Assembly (NCBI GenBank): GCA_964603965.1
Contig: CAZRWV010000001.1
Coordinates: 1 to 46,723, forward strand
Source of the DNA: an uncultured Candidatus Saccharibacteria bacterium
Lineage (GTDB): Bacteria > Patescibacteriota > Saccharimonadia > Saccharimonadales > UBA4665
Direction of reading: 5' to 3'
DNA: 46,723 nt
Under the pieces are notes generated by a model, which saw only the letters and a program-made list of their open reading frames with translations, searched no databases and was not told where the DNA came from. This document shows, in pieces, positions 6,925-15,613 of this stretch (position 1 is its first letter; every line of letters starts with the position of its first letter). The position numbers and the translations under genes are program-made.

Positions 6925-7044
6925 ATGATGGCAAAAGTGAAAAAGGCGTACAGACAAGCGAAGGCAAAGCTGTTTTCAAAGACGCGTGGCAGCGCGTTGA
7001 GCAGGATGCCTCTGTATTACGAAGAGCTGCCCGAAGATGTATAA
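6925..7044 (+). CDS. Small basic hypothetical protein (39 aa)
   Basis: GGAG RBS. My translation: MMAKVKKAYRQAKAKLFSKTRGSALSRMPLYYEELPEDV. Confidence 0.3.
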   Translation: MMAKVKKAYRQAKAKLFSKTRGSALSRMPLYYEELPEDV

Positions 7045-7225
7045 GTCGCCGCGACACGTAAAAGCTGGCAAAGCATCTGCAGCGAAGCAGGATATGCATG
7101 AGGTCGGCCGGCTGGGCGGTCTAGTACGCGTCCGAAAAGGTCTAGCCATGCTACCGCCTGAGAGGCGTAGTGCTATAGGCCGGATGGGAGGGAGTGTTCA
7201 GCCGACCCGCCGCTCGACAATTTAA
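7037..7225 (+). CDS. Small basic protein with a KGG-repeat-like motif
   Basis: GLAMLPPERRSAIGRMGG resembles the stress-protein KGG repeat (GFA.M....R.I...GG). Weak RBS. Confidence 0.35.
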   Translation: MYKSPRHVKAGKASAAKQDMHEVGRLGGLVRVRKGLAMLPPERRSAIGRMGGSVQPTRRSTI

Positions 7226-7237
7226 CCGAGGAATAAT

Positions 7238-7450
7238 ATGAGCAAATATCCAATACTAGGCAAATCGCTAGATGGCCTGTATCCCCGCTGTGTTTGGTGT
7301 GAAGGCGAGATTTACATGCCCCACGTACTCGAGTACAGCAAGGGTCGTGTAGCCCACCATGGGTGCGGTAAGAAGCTGCCCAAGTCATACGTAAGACTAG
7401 TATCACGGGGAAAGGAAGAAGATGAGCACAGACACGTACCAAAAGCCTGA
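7238..7450 (+). CDS. Small Cys/His-containing protein
   Basis: GAGGAA RBS. CVWC...HHGC pattern. Confidence 0.4.
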   Translation: MSKYPILGKSLDGLYPRCVWCEGEIYMPHVLEYSKGRVAHHGCGKKLPKSYVRLVSRGKEEDEHRHVPKA

Positions 7451-8213
7451 GTCGGCTCAGAAGATGACTACCCCCGAGCTGACCGAGAGGTTGCACAATT
7501 ACTATGGCCAGCGCCAGGGATGGGCCTTCATAACCCAGCTTAGAAGCACTACGGGCTATGCGAGCCAGATTCGCACTGCTGACGCAATGGCGATGGGTCT
7601 TTGGCCAAGCAGTGGTCTAAAGCTCATTGGTTTCGAGTTGAAGGTATCGCGCTCAGACTGGCTACATGAGCTAAAACAGCCCGAAAAGGCCGAGGAAATC
7701 AAGCAATTTTGTGACGAATGGTACTTGGTTGTGCCGGATGACAGTATCGTCAAAGACGGTGAGCTTCCCGAGGATTGGGGGATGATGACGGCAACAGGTC
7801 GTGGCCATGTGATCAAGGTAAAGAAAAAAGCTGTGCAGCTTAGTCCGGTTGACGTTGATAGGGCTTTTCTGGCCTCAATATTTCGTAATATCACAGAAAA
7901 GAATATGCCACTCGACCGGCACACCCAAATCCTTAATGACCAGCTGGAGCATCAGAAGCGGTGGCAAGAACGAGAGTATCGCCAAGAGATCGAAAAATAC
8001 AAGGTGTTCCATCAACAAATTAAGGAGTTCGAGGAAGCGACGGGTATACCGTTCACAACATGGAACCGCGATCACATGGAGCTGGCAAAAACCGTCAAAG
8101 CTGCACTTGGCGGCAAATACGACGAGGCCGAGCAGAAGCTCCAAGCTCTGCGGGATAAATCCGTACGCATAACGCAGTTTATCGATGGCGAGATAGAGGG
8201 GTTTAGGGTATGA
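7422..8213 (+). CDS. PD-(D/E)XK-type nuclease-fold protein (MmcB-like) with a C-terminal coiled coil
   Basis: TADAMAMGLWPSSG...IGFELKVSRSDWLHE...CDEWYLVVP pattern. AAGGAAG RBS. Confidence 0.5.
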   Translation: MSTDTYQKPESAQKMTTPELTERLHNYYGQRQGWAFITQLRSTTGYASQIRTADAMAMGLWPSSGLKLIGFELKVSRSDWLHELKQPEKAEEIKQFCDEWYLVVPDDSIVKDGELPEDWGMMTATGRGHVIKVKKKAVQLSPVDVDRAFLASIFRNITEKNMPLDRHTQILNDQLEHQKRWQEREYRQEIEKYKVFHQQIKEFEEATGIPFTTWNRDHMELAKTVKAALGGKYDEAEQKLQALRDKSVRITQFIDGEIEGFRV

Positions 8214-8380
8214 GCAAATTCAAATTCAGGATCGGCCAAACGGTAAAACACGACTACAGCGGCGACGTTGGAACTGTGGTCGGCATGCGAAACGATACAT
8301 CATCCTACTGCTACAAGGTCGAGTGGCAAAACGGTAGGTCTGACTGGTACGTAGAGAACGTTTTGAGGGAGGTTGTATGA
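8210..8380 (+). CDS. Small hypothetical protein (56 aa)
   Basis: ATGA coupling at both ends. My translation: MSKFKFRIGQTVKHDYSGDVGTVVGMRNDTSSYCYKVEWQNGRSDWYVENVLREVV. Confidence 0.4.
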   Translation: MSKFKFRIGQTVKHDYSGDVGTVVGMRNDTSSYCYKVEWQNGRSDWYVENVLREVV

Positions 8381-8880
8381 GTGGCATTTGCGGCCCCGCG
8401 TGTGATCTAATAAATCAGATAGCCGCCGGCACGCCCGATGAGTCCTGGCATTGCCGGACGCACAATCGTCCTTATTTTCCCAACCGCCATACTCAACCAG
8501 GCGCATTCTGCAGAACCTGCGGTGGCACGCCCGACCACCATATACCGAGCATGCTTGATCCGTATGGTAGGGGCGAAGCGGGCCATTGGGTTCTCCACCC
8601 GGATAACACGGGATTACGCGAAAGATTGAAGGCATTGAAGCCTCACACCGAAGGACAGCTGCCGCTCGGTGACTTGTTGAGCTATTCCGAGGTTGAGGCC
8701 ATCATGCGGCTCCTGACCCGTGAATGCAAGGCAGCTGAATTAGAGGGGCGTTTAGACGAGGTGAACCACATCCCCGATAACTTTTTCCAGGTGTGGGACG
8801 GTGAAAATATTACCGCTAGGGCGCGTAGGGCTGAGCTGCAGGCCCAGATACAAGCCCAGCAATCGGAGGAACAAACATGA
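8377..8880 (+). CDS. Cys/His-rich hypothetical protein
   Basis: ATGA coupling. N-terminal half has CGPAC...HCRTH...CRTCGG. Confidence 0.45.
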   Translation: MSGICGPACDLINQIAAGTPDESWHCRTHNRPYFPNRHTQPGAFCRTCGGTPDHHIPSMLDPYGRGEAGHWVLHPDNTGLRERLKALKPHTEGQLPLGDLLSYSEVEAIMRLLTRECKAAELEGRLDEVNHIPDNFFQVWDGENITARARRAELQAQIQAQQSEEQT

Positions 8881-9092
8881 GCGGTACTGATATAGGCGAG
8901 ATGAGAATTCAAAAACGAATAGACGAGGCTTCTCTAAAAGCCCGTCTAGTCGAGTTAGACTTGCTCGAGCAAGCGATAAATCGCTACGGCGACATGACCG
9001 TTGCAGAGCTAAATGCCTATAAGCTCCAGCGACTCGACGACATTACGGCGAGGCTTAAAGCGCTGTGGTGTGGCTCGGAGGGTAGGTCGTGA
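8877..9092 (+). CDS. Hypothetical coiled-coil protein
   Basis: ATGA coupling with the upstream gene. Confidence 0.45.
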   Translation: MSGTDIGEMRIQKRIDEASLKARLVELDLLEQAINRYGDMTVAELNAYKLQRLDDITARLKALWCGSEGRS

Positions 9093-9277
9093 GACGACTC
9101 CACCTAGTCAGACTTCTATGGCGGGAACGTAACCGCGTCTGGTATTGGAAAACGCAATGCGTAAGCCCGCTGACTCGCGAGCACTACACCTGGCGCGAGG
9201 CCATAAGAGCGACAATCGAGAACCCGCCCGGGTTCGAGCAATATTTCACACCACCGGTAGAAGGAGAGAATGTATGA
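9089..9277 (+). CDS. Hypothetical protein (GTG start)
   Basis: GTGA overlap with the upstream stop. Trp/Arg-rich. Confidence 0.35.
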   Translation: MRRLHLVRLLWRERNRVWYWKTQCVSPLTREHYTWREAIRATIENPPGFEQYFTPPVEGENV

Positions 9278-9426
9278 GCGTACCCAAAGCTTTATTCGTT
9301 GTCATAGCAACGGTGTTCCTATCACTCGTAACGGCAGTAACGTTCCTACCCTATCTGATCTTTGAGTGGGCCGGTATCGGCATAGCCAAGATGGAAGAAT
9401 GGATAGATGACCTCGATGAGGAATAG
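9274..9426 (+). CDS. Small membrane protein (50 aa)
   Basis: ATGA coupling. Sequence MSVPKALFVVIATVFLSLVTAVTFLPYLIF... followed by an acidic tail. Confidence 0.4.
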   Translation: MSVPKALFVVIATVFLSLVTAVTFLPYLIFEWAGIGIAKMEEWIDDLDEE

Positions 9427-9432
9427 GGCTGC

Positions 9433-9534
9433 ATGGAAGACATAACCTGCGGCTTCTACGCCGTCAACCAGAGACACTGCTGGAATGATGGGCACTGTAT
9501 TGTGTGCTGGACGGCGCAAGAGGCCATGAAATGA
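9433..9534 (+). CDS. Cys-rich micro-ORF (33 aa)
   Basis: My translation: MEDITCGFYAVNQRHCWNDGHCIVCWTAQEAMK. Its ATGA overlaps the next start. Confidence 0.25.
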   Translation: MEDITCGFYAVNQRHCWNDGHCIVCWTAQEAMK

Positions 9535-9734
9535 ACAAACAACAACCAGAAGGCGAAATGCGGAGGCGTGCAGACGAATGGCGCAGGGAGCATCCCGGCC
9601 ATGTACATCAGTTCTCGTACAGCTACGAAACGATGAATAAACACTGCTCGTGCGGGGCCTGGATACACCGCCTGGACGGCCGCGTGCATGAACCTTGGGA
9701 GTCCAGCGCATCACATATCAGATCAGGAGGGTAA
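9531..9734 (+). CDS. Small Cys/His-containing hypothetical protein
   Basis: In-frame ATG at 9531 coupled to the preceding micro-ORF. Confidence 0.35.
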   Translation: MNKQQPEGEMRRRADEWRREHPGHVHQFSYSYETMNKHCSCGAWIHRLDGRVHEPWESSASHIRSGG

Positions 9735-10374
9735 GGAAATCAAGATCTTAAATCTATATGCAGGCATAGGCGGCAACCGGGCGCTATGGGGTGATGAACA
9801 TGAGGTTACGGCTGTCGAATCCGAACAGTATATAGCCGATGCCTACCAACAGCTATTCCCAAATGACACCGTAGTAGTGACGGATGCACATCAGTACCTA
9901 ATCGATCACTATGATGAGTTTGATTTTATATGGTCTTCCCCGCCGTGTCCTACGCATAGCAAGATGTCACCGGTAAATGTCGCGTTAGGGCGGCGGAAGT
10001 ACCCGGATATGAAGCTGTATGAAGAGATCATATTCTTGAAGCACTTTTGCAGGGGCAAGTGGGTGGTAGAGAATGTCGAACCATACTACACGCCATTAAT
10101 TACTCCACGTGTGGTGCTCGACAGGCACTGCATATGGAGCAACTTCCCTATCAATCGTCAGTACTTTGACAGGAATTATGGGCCGGATGCAAAGCGTGGC
10201 CACAATACTGGTGGCGTTACGGGGCAAACCAAAGAGGTCTTGTCCGCTGCGTATGGCATAACATTGCCGGCTGGTACCAAAAATCAACGTAAATTGCTTC
10301 GTAATGCGGTGTTGCCAAATATGGGACTGTATATCCTTGAGTGCTCGAAAACTAAACAGGAGGCATTACTATGA
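9688..10374 (+). CDS. Compact DNA (cytosine-5) methyltransferase, orphan (no cognate nuclease seen)
   Basis: Motif I ILNLYAGIGGN, motif IV SSPPCPTHS, motif VI VVENVEP, motif X-like LRNAVLPNMG. Only 228 aa, so the target-recognition region is very short. Confidence 0.8.
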   Translation: MNLGSPAHHISDQEGKEIKILNLYAGIGGNRALWGDEHEVTAVESEQYIADAYQQLFPNDTVVVTDAHQYLIDHYDEFDFIWSSPPCPTHSKMSPVNVALGRRKYPDMKLYEEIIFLKHFCRGKWVVENVEPYYTPLITPRVVLDRHCIWSNFPINRQYFDRNYGPDAKRGHNTGGVTGQTKEVLSAAYGITLPAGTKNQRKLLRNAVLPNMGLYILECSKTKQEALL

Positions 10375-10652
10375 ATCTTAACGAATACCGCCGTGGTAGG
10401 ACGGATGCCCAGCTCAAAGCCCAGGATATACAGGAGCTATACGGCATGCCGGTTAAGACATCAAAGATAATCCCTAAGAACAGTGCGTACTTCGTGGACG
10501 AGACGACCTCTGCAAGGTGGCATGAAGTGGATAAACTGTTCCGTCGTAAATGGTGGTCGCCATTGTGGTGGCTGAAATATTGGCGAACCAGACGCACCAT
10601 GAAACGGGAAGCGCTAATGATCGTCAAACACATCGGGAGGGTAAAATCGTGA
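10371..10652 (+). CDS. Hypothetical basic protein
   Basis: ATGA coupling to the methyltransferase gene. Confidence 0.4.
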   Translation: MNLNEYRRGRTDAQLKAQDIQELYGMPVKTSKIIPKNSAYFVDETTSARWHEVDKLFRRKWWSPLWWLKYWRTRRTMKREALMIVKHIGRVKS

Positions 10653-10717
10653 CCACAAAGCTCTGCAAAATCTGTGGCCAATTGGGGCATACCCAGTCTA
10701 AGTGCCCGAGTAGATAG
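10649..10717 (+). CDS. 22-aa micro-ORF with a CCHC zinc-knuckle pattern
   Basis: GTGA overlap with the upstream stop. My translation: VTTKLCKICGQLGHTQSKCPSR (C-x2-C-x4-H-x4-C). It ends 1 nt before the next ATG. Confidence 0.2.
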   Translation: MTTKLCKICGQLGHTQSKCPSR

Positions 10718-10987
10718 ATGAGTAACTACCTACATTTTTTTGTGACCTCTGGCGTAAGAGAGAATCTACTGACCTATTTCTTTGGCGGCAACAAACCGGC
10801 CACCTGCGCGCAGCTAACAGAGCTGACCGGCTTGACCAGATCAGCTATATGGCGCGAGCTACAGAGACTGGAGCACCACGGGTTTCTAGCCAAGAAACGG
10901 CGCGGACACCAGGTGTTCTACTCTGCGAACCCAAAATGCCCGATAGCACTCGAGCTGATTAAGATCGTCAATACTCCGGCTCAGTAA
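10718..10987 (+). CDS. Winged helix-turn-helix DNA-binding protein (ArsR/MarR-like)
   Basis: CAQLTELTGLTRSAIWRELQRLEHHGFLAKKRRGHQVFY (HTH plus wing). Last gene of the + arm. Confidence 0.6.
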   Translation: MSNYLHFFVTSGVRENLLTYFFGGNKPATCAQLTELTGLTRSAIWRELQRLEHHGFLAKKRRGHQVFYSANPKCPIALELIKIVNTPAQ

Positions 10988-11234
10988 AGAGCTGCTTGAC
11001 GGTGACAGCGATGCTGTTCAGCGCGCCAACGACACCGCCGACTATCACTGAAATTACGAAGCTCGCGCCAATGCTAAGATGCAGCTCGTGGCCGTTCTGC
11101 AGGGCGGCCAGAGCCGTGCTTAGCAGGCCAGTCGCCGTTATCACGAAGCCGCCAGCAAAGCCTGAGCTGGCGCTGTAATAAAGTGCCTTTAACACCTTTT
11201 GCCACTGCCTTTTGGTTATGGTTGATGGTTGCAT
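10968..11234 (-). CDS. Holin-like membrane protein
   Basis: 88 aa with two hydrophobic helices, immediately downstream of the endolysin gene at the end of the late operon. Confidence 0.45.
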   Translation of the reverse strand: MQPSTITKRQWQKVLKALYYSASSGFAGGFVITATGLLSTALAALQNGHELHLSIGASFVISVIVGGVVGALNSIAVTVKQLFTEPEY

Positions 11235-11238
11235 GACT

Positions 11239-11892
11239 CTACCCTTTCTTTACAAATAATTGCTGACCAACATAGGGCGTATAGTTGCCTCCACCCGCCG
11301 GGTTGTTAGTCTTATAAGTACGGTAGTCCTGGCCGTGGTCACAGGCGTATTTTTTTATATCCTCTGTGGCATAGTGGTAGTCCTTGCCGGCATAGGCGTT
11401 CGCTTCTGCTTCCGACGGGTCCCTGCCCAAGATTGTCCGGTAGTGCCAGATTACCTCTTCTTTTGTTATGGTTTGCACTGGTTCCTCCTGTGGCTCAGCC
11501 ACTCTTAGTCCATTAATATCCTCGCTCCAGCCGACGTAGACCACAGGTTGGGTGCCGCCATTGAAGTGCGTTGTGTAGTGCTGCTCGATCTCTGCTATCG
11601 ACCCGTAGACACCATGGCCAGTGCCGGTGACGGGTGACGAGTAAATCCCCTTGCCAGGGACGCTAACGGTGACGTGACCCTCCTTGATACCGTTGTTGAC
11701 GTAGGAGTAATACATCAGCACGGCTGCATCGGTTGGTAGGTTACGGTCGGTATGCTTGTATTTGGCAGCCTGCCAGGCGTCCCAGGCGTAGTTAGTTCCA
11801 CCGGGGGCGGCAAACATACTGCGAGCGTAGGCTAAGCAGTAGCCCTCTTTCCCTACTGTGTTTAGGTTTGGCGTGACGAGTTGTTTGTACAT
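11239..11892 (-). CDS. Endolysin: CHAP/NlpC-P60-type cysteine peptidase with a DUF4214-like C-terminal module
   Basis: GYCLAYARSMF (Cys) ... EGHVTVSV (His) spacing typical of CHAP. C-terminal HYRTILGRDPSEAEANAY motif. Confidence 0.6.
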   Translation of the reverse strand: MYKQLVTPNLNTVGKEGYCLAYARSMFAAPGGTNYAWDAWQAAKYKHTDRNLPTDAAVLMYYSYVNNGIKEGHVTVSVPGKGIYSSPVTGTGHGVYGSIAEIEQHYTTHFNGGTQPVVYVGWSEDINGLRVAEPQEEPVQTITKEEVIWHYRTILGRDPSEAEANAYAGKDYHYATEDIKKYACDHGQDYRTYKTNNPAGGGNYTPYVGQQLFVKKG

Positions 11893-11901
11893 ATCACCTC
11901 T

Positions 11902-12153
11902 TTACTTGAGTGCATTTATAATTGCCGCCGTGACAATCGCGGTGACAACGGAAGTAGCAATATTACTGACCCACTTACTGGTCCGGTTGGACTTCTTGAA
12001 TTCATCAAATTCACGTCGGGTAACTACCTTTGGGTCTTCGCCCATCAGGAAATTCTTGATGGCCTTTACGTCCGCTGTGAGTGCCTGAATGTCGGTAGCC
12101 ATCTGTTCGTTGTCCTTTTTGATTAGTGCAATTTCTGTTTGTGTGGTGGTCAT
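11902..12153 (-). CDS. Coiled-coil protein with a C-terminal transmembrane anchor (lysis or fibre accessory)
   Basis: ATGA coupling with the tail-fibre gene. C-terminal helix VSNIATSVVTAIVTAAIINAL. Confidence 0.4.
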   Translation of the reverse strand: MTTTQTEIALIKKDNEQMATDIQALTADVKAIKNFLMGEDPKVVTRREFDEFKKSNRTSKWVSNIATSVVTAIVTAAIINALK

Positions 12154-13574
12154 TACGTCAGCTCCACCTTAATGAATACTGGGCTAGTGGAGGTGGCGGC
12201 TAGCGAGGCGGTGCCAGAGGTAACGGCGTTGAATCCGATGTTATACGTCTTGCTCGATGAGGTGGGGGTTGTGAATGCATGGAGCAACATAGGGATGGAT
12301 TCTGCCGATGACGGGCGGCGATACTCACCACCTTGTAGTTTCGTACCGGAGCCGACGGTGCCATCCCAAATCTGGGCGTTTATACGTGCATCACCTGCAG
12401 TCGAGTTGAATACGTTGCCATCGCCAAACCATATTGTCACTTTTCTACCGGTGGGGATTATGACCGGACACGACAGACCGGTGGCCTGCGTAGCGGAGGT
12501 GCTTGTCGTAGTCACGTCGGCTGTTATCTGGCGGTAGCCTAACACCTTTCGATTAGGGTCACGGGGGCAGATAAGGTTGCCTAATGAGTCGGTGACTGCG
12601 TAAGGGACGCTTGAAGCTATGGGCAGTACCCTATCCTCTTGTCCCTGGTTCACTGCAGCAGCGTTAGCGATGTTTGATGCACCTGTAACGATGATCCCCA
12701 CTCGTATCGAGTTGGAGGCCAGTGCGGCCGAGGCAGCGTTGTTGGTAGCCTCGGTGTATACAACTGTACCTGTGCCGTCACCAGCGTCCAGCACATCGAC
12801 GTACGTGTCCTTGGAGGCCGTGAAGGTGTGGGCAGAGACGGCGGCCACTGTTATTGGGTTGCCATTGATCACTACGACACCAGAGGTCATCGAGCCCGCA
12901 CGGGTCGATCCGTAGCTATCACCGCTCCACACGCAGCCAGAGACTACGTAGTCATATGCGTAGATTACGGCTGCACCTTTGCCAATCGTGACGGTCTTGG
13001 CCAGGCCCTTGCCACGCAGGTTCAAGTTGATGTTACTGTCGGTGCCGGCTGGTGCCAGGGTTGGGTCGGTGCCGGTGGCTGCATTCGTGTTGTTGACGTA
13101 GTTGACAGCACTCGCGGTCGCAGTCTGTCCGATCCAGGTGGCACCGTTAGCGTCTTTGAGCGAAGTTGTCACCTTTGGCGTTGTCAGGGGCAGGTTGGTT
13201 ATCATGGTACCGTCCTGGTTGTGTGAGACGATCAGGCCCTGGATGAGCTTATCGGCCCATGATGCCGTCGGCCCCATCTCCATAATGTCACCTGTGGTAT
13301 TGCCACTGTCGGCTGCACCGGCCAAACGCGTCAGTGAACCAACGCTGTTGCCCGACACGATACCTAGCCAATCCGTCTGGGTTCCTTCGACCACCTGGTC
13401 CGAGGTGTCAATCTGGTAAGTGGAAAAATGGACGACCGTATCAGTCGGCCAGCCTGCCAAGTTGTCGCCTGCGAGCGTGGTCGCGCCCATCGTACGATTG
13501 GTGTTGACCCTAGCGACGTTAGGATTTGTCGAATTGAATGTTCTTGCGAATTTATCTGTTACTGCTGCGGACAT
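12153..13574 (-). CDS. Tail fibre / receptor-binding protein
   Basis: 473 aa, Gly/Thr/Ser/Asn/Ala/Val-rich beta-type composition. Lies after the nozzle-like gene and before the lysis genes. Confidence 0.55.
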   Translation of the reverse strand: MSAAVTDKFARTFNSTNPNVARVNTNRTMGATTLAGDNLAGWPTDTVVHFSTYQIDTSDQVVEGTQTDWLGIVSGNSVGSLTRLAGAADSGNTTGDIMEMGPTASWADKLIQGLIVSHNQDGTMITNLPLTTPKVTTSLKDANGATWIGQTATASAVNYVNNTNAATGTDPTLAPAGTDSNINLNLRGKGLAKTVTIGKGAAVIYAYDYVVSGCVWSGDSYGSTRAGSMTSGVVVINGNPITVAAVSAHTFTASKDTYVDVLDAGDGTGTVVYTEATNNAASAALASNSIRVGIIVTGASNIANAAAVNQGQEDRVLPIASSVPYAVTDSLGNLICPRDPNRKVLGYRQITADVTTTSTSATQATGLSCPVIIPTGRKVTIWFGDGNVFNSTAGDARINAQIWDGTVGSGTKLQGGEYRRPSSAESIPMLLHAFTTPTSSSKTYNIGFNAVTSGTASLAATSTSPVFIKVELT

Positions 13575-13585
13575 GTTATTCCTTT

Positions 13586-15613
13586 CTACGCGTCCTTAAA
13601 GCCCACAGGGACGTAGGTTGCTATCACGTCCGATAGGTTGTAATCAACACCGACATCGGTCGTGGACCAGCCGTACGAAAACCACTGCATGTCTTCGTCA
13701 ACCTCTACGTCGATTTCTTGTGTTGCATCATTGAATGAAACCGGAACCTCGTTGATCTCGCTCCAGCCGCGTAAACGTCCAAAGCTGCTGTTGCTCCAGC
13801 CCGACCTTGGTTCGCTCCAACCGGCCCTCGAGCTACGAGCCACGAATGTCTCGCCGCCTACGATCGCCAAGGCTGAATCCTCGGTCTTCCCCGAGACGGT
13901 CAGGTTAATAGCCCCCTGTGGTCGAAGGAACACGAAGGTTAGCTTTATCAAGTGGCCCCATATTCGGCCGTCAGACGAAAACTTAATCTGACCACTGTTG
14001 CCGCTGGTCGGAACGGCAGTCCCGTTGTCGGAGGTAAGTGCGCGATAAGAAAGCTCGTACAGTACGCTGCCAGAGAGTACTAGGAAATGTGTAGCGCCTG
14101 AGTTGTCGTTATACAGAGTCATCCAGTCGGCAGAAATGCTCCACGGTTTCATCCATGCACCGTTACGGTCTAAGTCGAGCACCCATATCTGGTTATTCGT
14201 TTGTGAGATAACGGGCAGCGCAAAATACAGCCGACCTTCAAACGGTATGCCGACGGCCCTATCCATAACAGAGGTGCTTAGGGTCGATATATCCCTATCT
14301 ATAGTGTTTGAGATGCGGTCGGTTGATAGCACGTTCTGTAGCTGAGGTTTAGTGCCGGTGGTCTTAAAGCCATCTCTTGAGGGGTACCAGATTGAGTTGT
14401 TGTATAAGATCACCGCGTCGGGCGAATCAGTACCATCCTGCCCGCTGTCCTCTGTTAGCTGCCAGACTATAAACGTGGAGGTGCTGTACGTAACAGTCTG
14501 CGGTGATAGAGTAAAACGTCTTCCCGAGCCGTTGGTGCCCTGGGTCAGAATCGTTACTCGCGGATCGCCCTGGCCAGAACGGAAAGGAAGCGCCCGCACG
14601 GGTAGGTCTTTACTGCCCTGCCCGACCGGCGTATAGCCGCCCCCGTTGGATGGCGAGAAGTCAAACTCAAATCCGAAGTCCCCACCTCTCCATACGTAGT
14701 CCCGGTTGTCTTTGTCGCCCGTCAGCCATACCCGACCGTTGATAACGTCGCCACGGGTAGCTTTCGGGCCGGCCGTCGAGTTGGCGGTTGGTACGGGCCT
14801 GGTGAGGTCTTGTGCACGCGTACCATTGTCGGTAAAAGTCAGCGTTGCAGAATCGAGGCCCGCAGCAATCAGGTACAGCGTCGGTGTTCCTCCACCGTCT
14901 GCGGAGACACCGCAGTAAACGTTGTACGACTGGGCGCTTTCCACGGCTGACCACGCGATCTTGATGCTCTTAGTGCCAGAGTCCCACAGGTCGCGGTCGG
15001 TGCTCACATCGACCGTCAGGGCGCTCGAGCCGGTCGTTTCGCCCACTGTCGAGTTGGCCGTGATCGCGTAGTAAACGTTATAGTCCGTGCCGCTCAAGCC
15101 TGTATTCGCACTCAAGGTTGGCGCAGACGGGTTGCCCAATGCCACAAATGCCGTAATAGTTGTACCACCAACAGTTAGGTAGCTGAGGCTATCGACCCCG
15201 TTCATGACTAGCACCTTGTCGTCGAGCTGCAGAAAGTGTGCCCGCGCAGACGTGTCGTAGGTCTTGCCGGTGCATGCGGTCCAAGTAGTGTCCTCGCCAC
15301 GGGCGATGTACACCTTCGCAACTCCAGCAACTACTTGTATGGATATGAGCCAGTTTTCAGCAGAGAGGCCGGTGAACTTACGGAATTCAAATATTTGTCC
15401 CAGCACCGTCCCAACCGGCTGAGGCCCATACAGGCTCAGTGATGGGCGCGGCCGTACCGTGCCATCCTGGTCAAGCACAACGTTGCCTGATGTCCTCAAC
15501 CCCTCTAGCGGTGAGCGTGCGTCGTCAAAGGCTGTAACTGTTCCGTTTATCCATTTTGCAACGGATATCGTTTTCAGTTCCGGTGGAGCGGTAGCCCTCG
15601 GGACAGCCAGCAT
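13586..15613 (-). CDS. Large tail structural protein (nozzle / tail tubular protein B-like) with an FN3-like insertion
   Basis: 675 aa. Position matches T7 gp12 in a podoviral layout. KSIKIAWSAVESAQSYNVY is FN3-like. Confidence 0.45.
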   Translation of the reverse strand: MLAVPRATAPPELKTISVAKWINGTVTAFDDARSPLEGLRTSGNVVLDQDGTVRPRPSLSLYGPQPVGTVLGQIFEFRKFTGLSAENWLISIQVVAGVAKVYIARGEDTTWTACTGKTYDTSARAHFLQLDDKVLVMNGVDSLSYLTVGGTTITAFVALGNPSAPTLSANTGLSGTDYNVYYAITANSTVGETTGSSALTVDVSTDRDLWDSGTKSIKIAWSAVESAQSYNVYCGVSADGGGTPTLYLIAAGLDSATLTFTDNGTRAQDLTRPVPTANSTAGPKATRGDVINGRVWLTGDKDNRDYVWRGGDFGFEFDFSPSNGGGYTPVGQGSKDLPVRALPFRSGQGDPRVTILTQGTNGSGRRFTLSPQTVTYSTSTFIVWQLTEDSGQDGTDSPDAVILYNNSIWYPSRDGFKTTGTKPQLQNVLSTDRISNTIDRDISTLSTSVMDRAVGIPFEGRLYFALPVISQTNNQIWVLDLDRNGAWMKPWSISADWMTLYNDNSGATHFLVLSGSVLYELSYRALTSDNGTAVPTSGNSGQIKFSSDGRIWGHLIKLTFVFLRPQGAINLTVSGKTEDSALAIVGGETFVARSSRAGWSEPRSGWSNSSFGRLRGWSEINEVPVSFNDATQEIDVEVDEDMQWFSYGWSTTDVGVDYNLSDVIATYVPVGFKDA

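Noticed and set aside
10968-10987. 20-bp convergent overlap of the early and late arms as a regulatory feature
   Set aside because: It is simply the overlapping 3' ends of the wHTH gene and the holin-like gene. No hairpin or terminator is present, so there is nothing beyond the observation itself.
12139-15442. Many + strand track ORFs antisense to tail genes; likewise 17615-21297, 26840-29463 and 30308-32240
   Set aside because: These are shadow ORFs inside long, well-supported - strand structural genes in GC-rich, stop-poor frames. They have no RBS or coupling.
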